A DNA stretch of 64,000 bases from Bacillota bacterium (lineage in GTDB: Bacteria; Bacillota; Clostridia; Tissierellales; Gottschalkiaceae). The stretch is from positions 3,411-67,410 of the forward strand of contig JAEZUY010000021.1 in the NCBI GenBank assembly GCA_023420895.1, read 5' to 3'. This document shows, piece after piece, positions 40,591 to 49,643 of this stretch (within the stretch, counting starts at the first letter, position 1; each line of letters begins with the position of its first letter). The notes under the pieces were generated by a model. The model ran no database searches and was not told the origin of the DNA. It saw only the letters and a program-made list of their open reading frames with translations. A program made the translations under genes and the position numbers.

Positions 40591-40785
40591 ATTTTCACCT
40601 CCAGTAAAAATCATCATTAAACAGCATACCCGCAGAAATCCGGAATCCGGGAACTGAATATTTTATATCAGCATCCCGGCATTCGTATCCGTATCTCTGC
40701 GGTTCTGTTTTATTCCAATATATCTATTTTACCGTTTATATCCGGTTTAGTCATCTTTTTTTAAAAAATCCGTCTTTTCTGAATA

Positions 40786-41850
40786 CTATCCGAGAATTTC
40801 TTTTAGCGAGTCTATAAATTTCTGATTTTCCATAATAGATCCCATGCTCACTCTCAGATGATTCTCAAGCGCTCCGCCTCTGAAAAGTCTTACAAGAATT
40901 CCTCTCTTTTTCAGTTCTTCAAATACTTTTTCTCCGTCAGGAACTTCGAAAAGAATGAAGTTCGTTACAGATTCATAAGGCTTCACATTTTCTATATTCT
41001 GAAGTTCTCTGAAAACTCTGTTCTTTTCACTGTTTATTATCTTTATATTGTCGCTTATAGTCTGCATATCGGAAAGAAGCTCCTCTGCAACTATCTGAGA
41101 CACACAGTTCAGATTGTAAGGCGCTTTTACTGCAGTTATCTTTCTTGCAATCTCAACTGATGAAAGAAGGTATCCGGTTCTCATAGCCGCAGCTCCGAAA
41201 GCTTTTGAGAAAGTTCTAAGAACTATAAGTCTGTCATAATTCAGAACTTCTTCTGCGACAGACTCTCCTCCGAATTCTATATAAGCTTCGTCTACAACTA
41301 TAATGCTGTCTGTCTCTTCAATCAGTCTTATTATATCCTCTTTAGGAGTTGCAACTCCTGTAGGATTGTTAGGATTGCACAGAAATACGATTTTAGCTTT
41401 ATTTTCATTGGCCTTTTCTATAAGCTCATCCACTTTTATTCTGAAATCGTCAGCTTTAGGTATTTCCATGTACTTTCCGCCTAAAACTCCCGTGTTTATT
41501 CCGTACATTGAAAATGTAGGATTGTGAGATATGACTACGTCGTCCTTTTCTACAAATGTATTTAAAAGAACGTGAATCATCTCATCAGATCCGTTTCCGA
41601 CAACTATATTGTCAGAAGGAACGTTCACGTATCCTGATATCTTCTCTCTCAGAACGTCGCTGTTAGAATCAGGATACTGCATGAATTTAAGCTTTCCTAT
41701 TCTCTCCATAACTCTCTCTCTAACTTCAACTCCGAGGTTGAAAGGGCTTTCGTTAGCATCGAGTTTTATATAGCCTTCATGCTCATTCGGAAGATACGGT
41801 TCAAATTCAAGAACGCTTTTTTTGAAAAATCTATTTGCTGTCATCTTCAA
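40786..41850 (-). CDS. hisC: histidinol-phosphate aminotransferase
   Basis: Motifs KLDANE, GNGSDE, NPNNPTG, VDEAY, RTFSKAFG. Confidence 0.96.
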   Translation of the reverse strand: MKMTANRFFKKSVLEFEPYLPNEHEGYIKLDANESPFNLGVEVRERVMERIGKLKFMQYPDSNSDVLREKISGYVNVPSDNIVVGNGSDEMIHVLLNTFVEKDDVVISHNPTFSMYGINTGVLGGKYMEIPKADDFRIKVDELIEKANENKAKIVFLCNPNNPTGVATPKEDIIRLIEETDSIIVVDEAYIEFGGESVAEEVLNYDRLIVLRTFSKAFGAAAMRTGYLLSSVEIARKITAVKAPYNLNCVSQIVAEELLSDMQTISDNIKIINSEKNRVFRELQNIENVKPYESVTNFILFEVPDGEKVFEELKKRGILVRLFRGGALENHLRVSMGSIMENQKFIDSLKEILG

Positions 41851-43135
41851 ATCTCACTCTTACTGAATTTGCGTGTGCCTGAAGCCCTTCAGATTCAGCT
41901 ATTGCTATTATCTTGTCTTTCTGCTTTTGAAGATTTTCCCTGCTGTAGTAGATTAAGCTTGATTTCTTAACGAAATCGTCAACTCCAAGCGGAGAATAGA
42001 ATTTAGCAGTAGAACTTGTAGGAAGAGTGTGGTTAGTTCCTGCAAAATAATCTCCAAGAGGTTCAGTCGAATACTGTCCTAAGAATATTGCCCCGGCATT
42101 TTTTATGCTTGAGATCATTTCAAAAGGACTTTCAACCATAACTTCAAGGTGTTCAGGAGCAATTTCATTAGTATAGTAAAGAGCTTCTTCCATGTCTTTA
42201 GCTATTATTATAGCTCCGAAGTTTTTAAGAGATTCTTCTGCTATCTCTTTTCTGCTCAGTTCTGCAGTCTGTATTTTAAGTTCTTTTTCAACTTCTTCTG
42301 CAAGCTTTTCACTAGTAGTAACGAGTATTGCCGATGCAAGCGTATCGTGTTCAGCCTGTGAAAGCATATCAGCAGCAACGTATCTAGGATTTGCCGTTTC
42401 ATCTGCAAGAACGAGTATTTCTGAAGGTCCTGCTATCATGTCTATATCAACGAATCCGTAAACTATTCTCTTAGCTATTGCAACGTAGATATTTCCAGGT
42501 CCGACTATTTTATATACTTTAGGTATTGTTTCTGTTCCGAATGCAAGAGCCGCTATACCTTGAGCTCCTCCTGCTTTGTATATCTTGTCAACTCCTGCTA
42601 TTTTAGCGGCAGCTAGGATATTTGCTGAAACTCCGCCGTCTTTTGAAGGAGGTGTCACCATTATTATCTCCTCAACTCCTGCAACTTTTGCAGGAACAGC
42701 ATTCATAAGAACTGTAGATGGAAGCGGCGCAGTTCCTCCTGGAACGTATATTCCCACTTTTTCTATAGGATTGTACATCTGTCCCAGCATTATTCCTTTT
42801 TTGCTGTTGTCCACCCATGAATTTATAAGCTGTTTCTGGTGGAATTCTCTTATATTCTCAGCAGCTTCTTCAAGAGCGTCTATCAGTTCCTTGTCGCAGC
42901 TGTTGTAAGCTTCTTCTATTTCTTCTTCTGTAACCTGAATTCTGTCGAGCTTAACTCCGTCGAATTTCTCAGTATATTCAAGAAGAGCCTTGTCTTTATT
43001 GTCTCTCACATTAGTTATTATATCTTCAACAGTTCTGTTCACTTCTCCGAATTCAAGCTGAGATCTGTTTAGAAGAGCATCTACTTCTTTCTGTATTTTG
43101 TCACTGCCGTCTTTTGTGTTTATTACTTTTATCAT
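41831..43135 (-). CDS. hisD: histidinol dehydrogenase
   Basis: Motifs GIYVPGG, IDMIAGPSE, SQAEHD, APEHLE. Confidence 0.97.
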   Translation of the reverse strand: MIKVINTKDGSDKIQKEVDALLNRSQLEFGEVNRTVEDIITNVRDNKDKALLEYTEKFDGVKLDRIQVTEEEIEEAYNSCDKELIDALEEAAENIREFHQKQLINSWVDNSKKGIMLGQMYNPIEKVGIYVPGGTAPLPSTVLMNAVPAKVAGVEEIIMVTPPSKDGGVSANILAAAKIAGVDKIYKAGGAQGIAALAFGTETIPKVYKIVGPGNIYVAIAKRIVYGFVDIDMIAGPSEILVLADETANPRYVAADMLSQAEHDTLASAILVTTSEKLAEEVEKELKIQTAELSRKEIAEESLKNFGAIIIAKDMEEALYYTNEIAPEHLEVMVESPFEMISSIKNAGAIFLGQYSTEPLGDYFAGTNHTLPTSSTAKFYSPLGVDDFVKKSSLIYYSRENLQKQKDKIIAIAESEGLQAHANSVRVRFEDDSK

Positions 43136-43774
43136 TTATTTCACCCCTACTAACTTGTCTATATCATCCATTATTTTTCTTATTCTGTCGTTTTTAAATT
43201 TGAAACTCGATTTATTCGCTATAAGTCTTGCAGATATATTTGCTATATCTTCAAGAACTACGAGTCCGTTTTCTCTCAGAGTTCTTCCAGTTTCGACTAT
43301 ATCGACTATTACATCTGAAAGTCCTATAAGAGGAGCAAGCTCAACCGAACCGTTCAGCTTTATTATATCAACCTGTCTCCCTGTGCTGAGAAAATATTTT
43401 TTAGCAACATTGGGATATTTAGTTGCAACTCTTATCTTTCTCGTAGGATCTATCTTATATCCTTCAGGAGCCGCAACTGAAAATTTGCATTTCCCGAAAT
43501 CAAGATCTGCTATTTCATATACCTGTCTGTCTTCTTCCATTATAGTGTCTTTTCCAACAAGTCCTATATCCACAGCCCCTCTTTCAACGTAGATTGGAAC
43601 GTCGACAGCTTTTACTAAAACGTATCTGACTTTATTCTCTTCACTTGTCAGTATAAGTTTTCTGGATTCTTCTTCAAACTCTTTGCATGAAAGACCTATT
43701 TCCTTCAGCATCTGATATCCTTTATCTCCAAGTCTTCCTTTTGCTATAGCTATATCTAAATATTCCATAGTCAT
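43136..43774 (-). CDS. hisG: ATP phosphoribosyltransferase, short form
   Basis: Motifs KGRL, ATKYP, GSVELAP, DIVETG.TL.ENGL. Confidence 0.97.
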   Translation of the reverse strand: MTMEYLDIAIAKGRLGDKGYQMLKEIGLSCKEFEEESRKLILTSEENKVRYVLVKAVDVPIYVERGAVDIGLVGKDTIMEEDRQVYEIADLDFGKCKFSVAAPEGYKIDPTRKIRVATKYPNVAKKYFLSTGRQVDIIKLNGSVELAPLIGLSDVIVDIVETGRTLRENGLVVLEDIANISARLIANKSSFKFKNDRIRKIMDDIDKLVGVK

Positions 43775-43825
43775 CCTCTTTCTAAAATATTATTTTTGCG
43801 CTTAAATAAATATATTCTGATTCAT

Positions 43826-44977
43826 CTATATATTGATAATATTTTCTGCATTTTCGCTTTCAGCTTCGTCATAGTCTTCCACTCTTTCAAGAGTCACTAT
43901 GAATCCTTCTTTTCTGAGTTCTTTAGCCTTTTCTATCGCTTCTTTTCTCTTGCCTTCCTTGTAGTTCACTTTATAATCTATAGTGAACACAGGATCTTTT
44001 TCTATCTTGTTCTGAATCATCATTCCTTCAATAAGGTCGTCTACAGATATAGAAAATCCTGTCGCCGGAATCGTCTCTCCGTAGTAGTGAGTCAGATTGT
44101 CGTATCTTCCTCCGCTTAGGATTCTGTCTCCGTATCCTTCAAGATATCCTTTGAACATCATTCCCGTATAGTAGTCCAGATTGTTTATGAGTCCAAGGTC
44201 AAGCGATACATACTCTTCATATCCGTAGTCTTTTATGAATTTGTATATCTCTTTCAGCTCTTCAAGAGCGCTGCTCATCTTGTCATTTACTGAATATTTT
44301 GCAGCTTCTTCAAGAGTCTCTTCAAAACTTCCGTAAAGACTAGGCATAGCATCGATTGCTTTTTTCAGTTCGTCGCTTATTTCAAGCGTATCCACATAGT
44401 TTCTGAGCTCTACGAAGTTCTTGTACTCTATGAGATTCTTAAGATTCATCTTCTCTTCTTCAGAAAGATCTGTAGAGTTGAGAAGACCTTTATAGTATCC
44501 GGCATTTCCAAGTTCTATCTTGAAATTAACTCCGCATTCTAAAAGACTCTCTATAGCTGAAACGATGACTTCACCGTCTGCTTCCGCATTAGGATTTCCG
44601 AAATATTCTATTCCAGTCTGTGTGCGCTCTCTTTTTATCTCGCTCTTCATTTTAAAAACTTGAGTCGAATAGCACACTTTATAAATTCCTTTATCGCTCT
44701 TGTAGTTTTTCGCGATTATTCTCGCTATAGGTATAGTGGCATCCGGTCTTAAAGTCAGAATTTCTCCCGAACTGTCTATAAGCTTGAACATTTCGTCTTT
44801 AAGTATAGTGCTCTTTATAGAAGAGAATATTTCATAATATTCGATTGTGGGTGTCGAAACTCTCTTGTATCCGAAACTCTTAAACACCCCTCTTATTTTT
44901 TTTACAATATCTTCTTTAATTTTATATTCCTTGAATAACTCGTCACTTACTCCTTCAGGTGTTTCAAAACCTTTCAT
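43826..44977 (-). CDS. hisZ: ATP phosphoribosyltransferase regulatory subunit
   Basis: Motifs TPEGVSD, LRPDAT.PIAR, YYTG, GGRYD; adjacent to short hisG. Confidence 0.95.
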   Translation of the reverse strand: MKGFETPEGVSDELFKEYKIKEDIVKKIRGVFKSFGYKRVSTPTIEYYEIFSSIKSTILKDEMFKLIDSSGEILTLRPDATIPIARIIAKNYKSDKGIYKVCYSTQVFKMKSEIKRERTQTGIEYFGNPNAEADGEVIVSAIESLLECGVNFKIELGNAGYYKGLLNSTDLSEEEKMNLKNLIEYKNFVELRNYVDTLEISDELKKAIDAMPSLYGSFEETLEEAAKYSVNDKMSSALEELKEIYKFIKDYGYEEYVSLDLGLINNLDYYTGMMFKGYLEGYGDRILSGGRYDNLTHYYGETIPATGFSISVDDLIEGMMIQNKIEKDPVFTIDYKVNYKEGKRKEAIEKAKELRKEGFIVTLERVEDYDEAESENAENIINI

Positions 44978-45116
44978 AATCAAGCCTCCGTTCTCTTTTT
45001 TCCTATATACATTATAACACTAACTTTATATTCTTTTTCTTTTTTCTTGCTCTTTATTCAATTTATCTGATAAATCTCTACTTTTATATTTTTAAATTTT
45101 GTATCCTATTCTTCTT

Positions 45117-45144
45117 TGCTTTATTGCTTTATTATGGTAAAGTT
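45117..45144. promoter_or_regulatory. putative HisR (YerC/TrpR-like) operator
   Basis: Palindrome TGCTTTATTATGGTAAAGTT (CTTTA-N6-TAAAG, 45125-45144) plus an extra half-site 8 bp away, just downstream of the his promoter. Confidence 0.7.
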
Positions 45145-45159
45145 TTATCTTATAATAAG

Positions 45160-45188
45160 ATTATATTAATTATAATAGGCATTGTCAA
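45160..45188 (-). promoter_or_regulatory. sigma-A promoter of the his operon
   Basis: Perfect TTGACA-17 bp-TATAAT on the minus strand. Confidence 0.85.
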
Positions 45189-45236
45189 CATTAAAACTGT
45201 TAAATCGAAGTTAAGTTTCAATGCTGAAATCGCGAA

Positions 45237-45449
45237 TTATTTTAAAAATTCTGATATGACAACGCCAAGAAGCATTCCTATTGCCGCTCCGAGCAGAAGA
45301 TTCTCAAAAAAGAATCCTATAACCAGTCCTGCTACAAGACCGAATATTATAAATTCTATCTCTTTAAAAAAGCTTTTCTTTTCTGTTTTCCTGCTGCCTC
45401 TTCTGTCTGTTCTTACACTTGAGCCCTTTCATCTTTCCTCTGTTCTCAT
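45237..45449 (-). pseudogene. small Gly-rich membrane protein gene interrupted by an in-frame TGA at codon 7
   Basis: MRTEER*KGSSVRTDRRGSRKTEKKSFFKEIEFIIFGLVAGLVIGFFFENLLLGAAIGMLLGVVISEFLK. Has its own promoter (TTGAAA-16-TATAAT with TG, 45487-45514) and SD GAGGG. Confidence 0.6.
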
Positions 45450-45547
45450 ACTAATCTTATCCCTCTGTTTATTTTTATACCTTATAATTATATCAGCAAC
45501 TCAGCTATTTTCAATCGTTTTATGAATAATAGTCCCGTATTGAAAAG

Positions 45548-45585
45548 AAAAAATCTCTGAATTTATTCATATTCAGAGATTTTTT
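45548..45585 (-). terminator. terminator after znuB
   Basis: AAAAAATCTCTGAAT/ATTCAGAGATTTTTT inverted repeat. Confidence 0.8.
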
Positions 45586-45618
45586 CTAATTTATTTCTAA
45601 TACCATTTTCTGTTATTT

Positions 45619-46440
45619 CTATTTTCTGCTTTTAGTTTTAATAATGCTTCCATTTCTAACTTTTGAATAAGTCCCTGCTATGAGCATTCCGGCTACGGCT
45701 ATTATGACTATTGCTCCCCCAGGTTTAAGACCGTAATAATACGATACAGTTATTCCGGACATCATATAGATTATTCCCAGTATAACTGATATTATATACG
45801 TCTGTTTATAAGATCTTCCAAGCATAAGCGCCGCTGTGACTGGAAGAACTATGAGTGATGCAACCATAAGCGCTCCTACAATCTTGCATGATATGGCAAT
45901 CGTTATTGCTGAGAGCAGTGTGAAAAGTCCGTTTACAAAATTCACATTCACTCCTGAAAGCTTTGCCAGAAAAGGGTCTATCGAAAGATTCAGAAGACCT
46001 CCATAATAAAATATCCCGCACAGTATAACAGCCACAAATATTACAGCTACCTGCACAACGTCTGCTGTAGTCACTGCAGATATGCTTCCGAAAAGATACG
46101 ATTCAAAAGTGTTTCCTCCCGGAGCAAAATCTGAAAGTATAGCTGCAAAACCGAGTCCTGTGCTCATTATTACTGCTGTAGCCATATCACCGTACTGAGG
46201 AAATCTCTTTCTTATCTTTTCTATAGAGAATGCTGCAAATATACATACAGCTATTGCCCCTATAACTGGATTAATTCCTAAAATCAGACCGAGTCCGACT
46301 CCGGCAAGAGATGTATGAGAAAGAGCATCCCCTATCATTGACGTTCTTCTGTTTACCATAACGACCCCTATTGTAGGAATCATAAGCGAAAGCATAAATC
46401 CGACTAAAAGAGCTTTTCGCATAAAATCATATTCTAACAT
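45619..46440 (-). CDS. znuB: Zn/Mn ABC transporter permease
   Basis: Motifs GDALSH, YLFGSI, KIVGAL. Confidence 0.9.
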   Translation of the reverse strand: MLEYDFMRKALLVGFMLSLMIPTIGVVMVNRRTSMIGDALSHTSLAGVGLGLILGINPVIGAIAVCIFAAFSIEKIRKRFPQYGDMATAVIMSTGLGFAAILSDFAPGGNTFESYLFGSISAVTTADVVQVAVIFVAVILCGIFYYGGLLNLSIDPFLAKLSGVNVNFVNGLFTLLSAITIAISCKIVGALMVASLIVLPVTAALMLGRSYKQTYIISVILGIIYMMSGITVSYYYGLKPGGAIVIIAVAGMLIAGTYSKVRNGSIIKTKSRK

Positions 46441-47098
46441 TTTCTACCGCCCCATCCGATATTCTGTACACTCTTTCTACATAATTCTTAACGAGTTCAA
46501 ATTCATGTGTGACCATGACTATAGTTATATTCTCATCTCTGTTCAGAGCCACAATTCTCTTGAAGAACTGTTCCTTGCTCTTCTGATCCACTCCTACAGT
46601 AGGCTCGTCCAGCACTAGAATTTTAGGATCATTTACAAGCGCCCTTGCTATCATTATTCTCTGCTGCTGACCTCCGCTGAGCTCATTGAAAGGTCTGTCA
46701 GTGTACTTTTCCATTCCCATTTTCTTTATAGCTTCGGCGGCCTTTATTTTATGTCTTTTTCTAGGTATTTTTATTATTCCGAAATCTTCATACAGATTAA
46801 GGCTGACTAATTCGCAGCATGTGACAGGGAAACTTATCTTATTAGTAGCATTTACCTGAGGAACGTAACCTATATCTTTAAAAGATTTATAGTTCTTTAT
46901 ATCTTTTCCCATAATTTCAACCGTTCCGCTCTCTCTTTCCAAGTTTCCGAGTATAAGCTTTAAAAGTGTCGATTTTCCGCTTCCGTTGTCGCCCTGTATA
47001 ACTGCAAATTCACCTTCTTCAATAGCGAAACTAACATCGTCTATTATTTTCTCTCCTGTATATCCGAATGTCAGATTTTTCACCTCTATACAGCTCAT
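46427..47098 (-). CDS. znuC: Zn/Mn ABC transporter ATPase
   Basis: Motifs GDNGSGKST, GYVPQ, LSGGQQQR, LDEPT. Confidence 0.92.
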   Translation of the reverse strand: MSCIEVKNLTFGYTGEKIIDDVSFAIEEGEFAVIQGDNGSGKSTLLKLILGNLERESGTVEIMGKDIKNYKSFKDIGYVPQVNATNKISFPVTCCELVSLNLYEDFGIIKIPRKRHKIKAAEAIKKMGMEKYTDRPFNELSGGQQQRIMIARALVNDPKILVLDEPTVGVDQKSKEQFFKRIVALNRDENITIVMVTHEFELVKNYVERVYRISDGAVENVRI

Positions 47099-47142
47099 CT
47101 AAGCACCGCCTTTCTATACATTAATTTTCCGAATCATAATTT

Positions 47143-47168
47143 CATCCCGGGCATAATGCACCGGGATG
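47143..47168 (-). other. intergenic hairpin between znuA and znuC
   Basis: CATCCCGG-GCA/TGC-A-CCGGGATG stem, typical of a stabilising or partial-termination hairpin after a binding-protein gene. Confidence 0.6.
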
Positions 47169-47217
47169 TTTTTTAGTGATTCTTTTTATCATTTTCTCTA
47201 TTATCTATTCTACATCA

Positions 47218-48561
47218 TTACTGAAGAGAATTGTATATATTTTCTAAATTCATTCTCATAAGAGCTAAATAATCCTGATTCTTTTCTTTCTGGTCTTCAG
47301 TTACAAACTCCATAGTTGAAAGAGGTTCAACTTTCGCGTCTATTTCTTTTGCTATAGATTCTGCACCTTTTTTAGAGCCTCCGTATTCATAGAACACAGT
47401 ATTTATTCCGTTTTCTTTACAGTATTCTATAGATTCCTGAATAGTTTTAAGATCCGGCTCTTCCATAGATGTAAGTCCCTGAAGCGGATGCTGCTGAAGT
47501 CCGAATTCTCTGCTTACGTATCCGAATGCTTCATGAGGCACTACGAACGATTTTATTCTCGTATTCTCAAATTTTCCGTCATATTCCTCTTTTAGTGCTT
47601 TTATTTCATTCTGATATTCTTCTTTATTCTTCTCAAAATATTCTTTGTTCTCAGGGCTGAGCTCTGAAAGACGGTTAGCTATTCTGTCAGTATACAGTTT
47701 CGCATTTTCAAGCGACATCCATGAGTGAGGATCGTAAGAAATATTTTCTTCAGATTTAACTATATCTAAATCTTCAAGCTTGACTTCATTTCCGTCTTTG
47801 TCTGAGAATATATAAGGAACTGATTCGCCCGGCTCTCTGTCAGCATAAACTATCCAGTTTCCTTCTTCAGGAATTTTGAAATCTATTTCTCCATCTTCAT
47901 GAGCCATTTCGAGATTGTAGACTTTTCCGCTTTCAGCATCGAAAGTTTCTTTCTGCTCTATATCTTCTCCGTCTTCAGACATGATTTTCTTTCCTTCTTC
48001 TTTAAGCTTGTCGATGTCTTTCTCTCCGTCAAGTTTAAAGAATCCCAGTCTTAGAGCTTTTTCATGAGTGTGTCCAGTCTCTATTTTATAATCTTCCTTT
48101 TTGAGTTCCATCTCACCCATATAGCCGTACTCGCCTTTTTCAGCGGCGCTTCCAACTTCTATCAGGTCCAGATCTTTACTAAGATTTATTATTTTAAAAT
48201 CAGGCGCATTCTGTTCTACACTGTCTATCCATGACTCCATTCCCGCACCGTTTATAAACATTAAATCCGCATCGTTCACTTCTTTTATATCCTTAGCTGA
48301 AGGCTCCCAGTGATGCGCCTCCTTGTCTTCGGGCATAAATGAAACTACATTCACTTTGTCTCCCGCTATCTTTTCAGTCATGTCTTTTATAGGATAAAAT
48401 GAAGCGTATACAGTAGGTTTTCCGTTATCCTCTTCAGTAGAAGAAACTTCTGCTTTTTCAGTATTTTCTCCGCTTTCAGTACTGCTGTTTTCATTTCCGC
48501 ATCCTGCAAGCGAACCCGCCATTAAGGCTCCCGCAAGTAATGCTGCAAATATTCTTTTCAT
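47218..48561 (-). CDS. znuA: zinc ABC transporter substrate-binding lipoprotein with large inserted domain
   Basis: Lipobox LAGC; AHHWEPS, DPHSW, HEAFGY, FYE motifs; roughly 140 extra aa before DPHSW. Confidence 0.9.
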   Translation of the reverse strand: MKRIFAALLAGALMAGSLAGCGNENSSTESGENTEKAEVSSTEEDNGKPTVYASFYPIKDMTEKIAGDKVNVVSFMPEDKEAHHWEPSAKDIKEVNDADLMFINGAGMESWIDSVEQNAPDFKIINLSKDLDLIEVGSAAEKGEYGYMGEMELKKEDYKIETGHTHEKALRLGFFKLDGEKDIDKLKEEGKKIMSEDGEDIEQKETFDAESGKVYNLEMAHEDGEIDFKIPEEGNWIVYADREPGESVPYIFSDKDGNEVKLEDLDIVKSEENISYDPHSWMSLENAKLYTDRIANRLSELSPENKEYFEKNKEEYQNEIKALKEEYDGKFENTRIKSFVVPHEAFGYVSREFGLQQHPLQGLTSMEEPDLKTIQESIEYCKENGINTVFYEYGGSKKGAESIAKEIDAKVEPLSTMEFVTEDQKEKNQDYLALMRMNLENIYNSLQ

Positions 48562-48714
48562 AAAACTGTCTCCCTTCTTAAACACTTCCAATTGAAGTAT
48601 GAACAAACTTGAATATGTCTATAACCGCAAGAAGCTCCGATCCTTTACAGAATCAGAGCTTCAGCGCAAATAGACATTTCTGTCCGTCTTTTGTTATTCG
48701 ATTTCGATATTTTT

Positions 48715-48755
48715 ACTATATCACAAGTCTTTTTCATATGCAAATATTCTGAATT
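48715..48755 (-). promoter_or_regulatory. znuA promoter with overlapping Fur/Zur-like motif
   Basis: TTGCAT-17-TATAGT with TG extension; TGCAAATATTCTGAA overlaps the -35. Confidence 0.6.
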
Positions 48756-48765
48756 TTACAATCTT

Positions 48766-48790
48766 AAAAAATAATCCCGCATATGCGGGA
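48766..48790 (-). terminator. terminator after zinT
   Basis: TCCCGCA/TGCGGGA stem with a U-rich tail on the minus strand. Confidence 0.75.
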
Positions 48791-48832
48791 GTATCAATTG
48801 TATATGTTCTTAAATTTTAACTGCTTAAAAAA

Positions 48833-49540
48833 TTACTCTGCTATTTCTTCAGCAACTTGTTCTTCAGTTGAATCGCCGTCAACCATTGTCGGGAACCATC
48901 CCTCTTTGCCAAGAAGCTCATCTACAGATTCATCTCCGTATCTGAAGTGGAAATGCTTAAGCTCTTCATGACCGTGAACTTCCATCATAAGGAAGTATTT
49001 ATAAGGAGCTGATTCGTCCTCAGCTTCAAAAATTTCCCAAGTTAAATCATGACCGTCGCTAGTTCTTTTTTCCTGTCCTAAGTATTTATAATTTCCTTTT
49101 CCTAATTCTTTTCCGCCGTCTGCTTTTAAGTTATCGTATATAGTGATAGTATTTCCTTCTATCGTCATAGCATTGAAGTCTGTTCTTCTTTTTTCTTCAA
49201 ATTTTGTCTTTTCTTCTTCTACTGTAGTTCCTTCCTTTTCAGCAAGCTTTTCGAAGGCTTCAGCTACTTTAGGGCTGTCTTCGTAAGTTTCTATATTTTT
49301 CCAGTCTCCTGACCATCCCACAAGATCTTTGTCTTCATCAGCAGCTTCTTCTTCAGAAGAATCCTCTTTTTCTTCAGATTTTTCTTCAGACTCATGATCG
49401 TGATCATGTTCATCTTTTTCTGCTGTCTGTTCCTGAGATGTATCGGCAGCCGGCTCTTCTGTTGTTGAACTTCCTCCGCATCCAACTAGTGAACCTGCCA
49501 TAAGAGCAGATACAAGTGTAACTGTAAGTAATCTTTTCAT
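48833..49540 (-). CDS. zinT: ZinT/AdcA-C-terminal-like zinc-binding lipoprotein
   Basis: Lipobox LVGC, HDHDH tract, WSGDW, YKYLG, HFHFRYG, WFPT. Confidence 0.85.
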   Translation of the reverse strand: MKRLLTVTLVSALMAGSLVGCGGSSTTEEPAADTSQEQTAEKDEHDHDHESEEKSEEKEDSSEEEAADEDKDLVGWSGDWKNIETYEDSPKVAEAFEKLAEKEGTTVEEEKTKFEEKRRTDFNAMTIEGNTITIYDNLKADGGKELGKGNYKYLGQEKRTSDGHDLTWEIFEAEDESAPYKYFLMMEVHGHEELKHFHFRYGDESVDELLGKEGWFPTMVDGDSTEEQVAEEIAE

Positions 49541-49581
49541 AGAATATTTTCCTCCTGAATATATTTGATATGTTTTTTATC

Positions 49582-49622
49582 AGTATATCAGATTTTATTC
49601 CTATTTGCAAATGATTATTATT
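49582..49622 (-). promoter_or_regulatory. zinT promoter with overlapping Fur/Zur-like motif
   Basis: TTGCAA-17-TATACT with TG extension; TGCAAATGATTATTA overlaps the -35. Confidence 0.65.
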
Positions 49623-49643
49623 CTATTTTATTTGATTGCTTAT

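Noticed and set aside
44984..45160. Possible T-box or His leader-peptide attenuator upstream of hisZ
   Set aside because: No GGTGG-ACC-CG T-box core, no strong terminator and no run of His codons.
45429..45431. Selenocysteine recoding of the in-frame TGA
   Set aside because: No redox-type context and no convincing SECIS-like hairpin immediately downstream.
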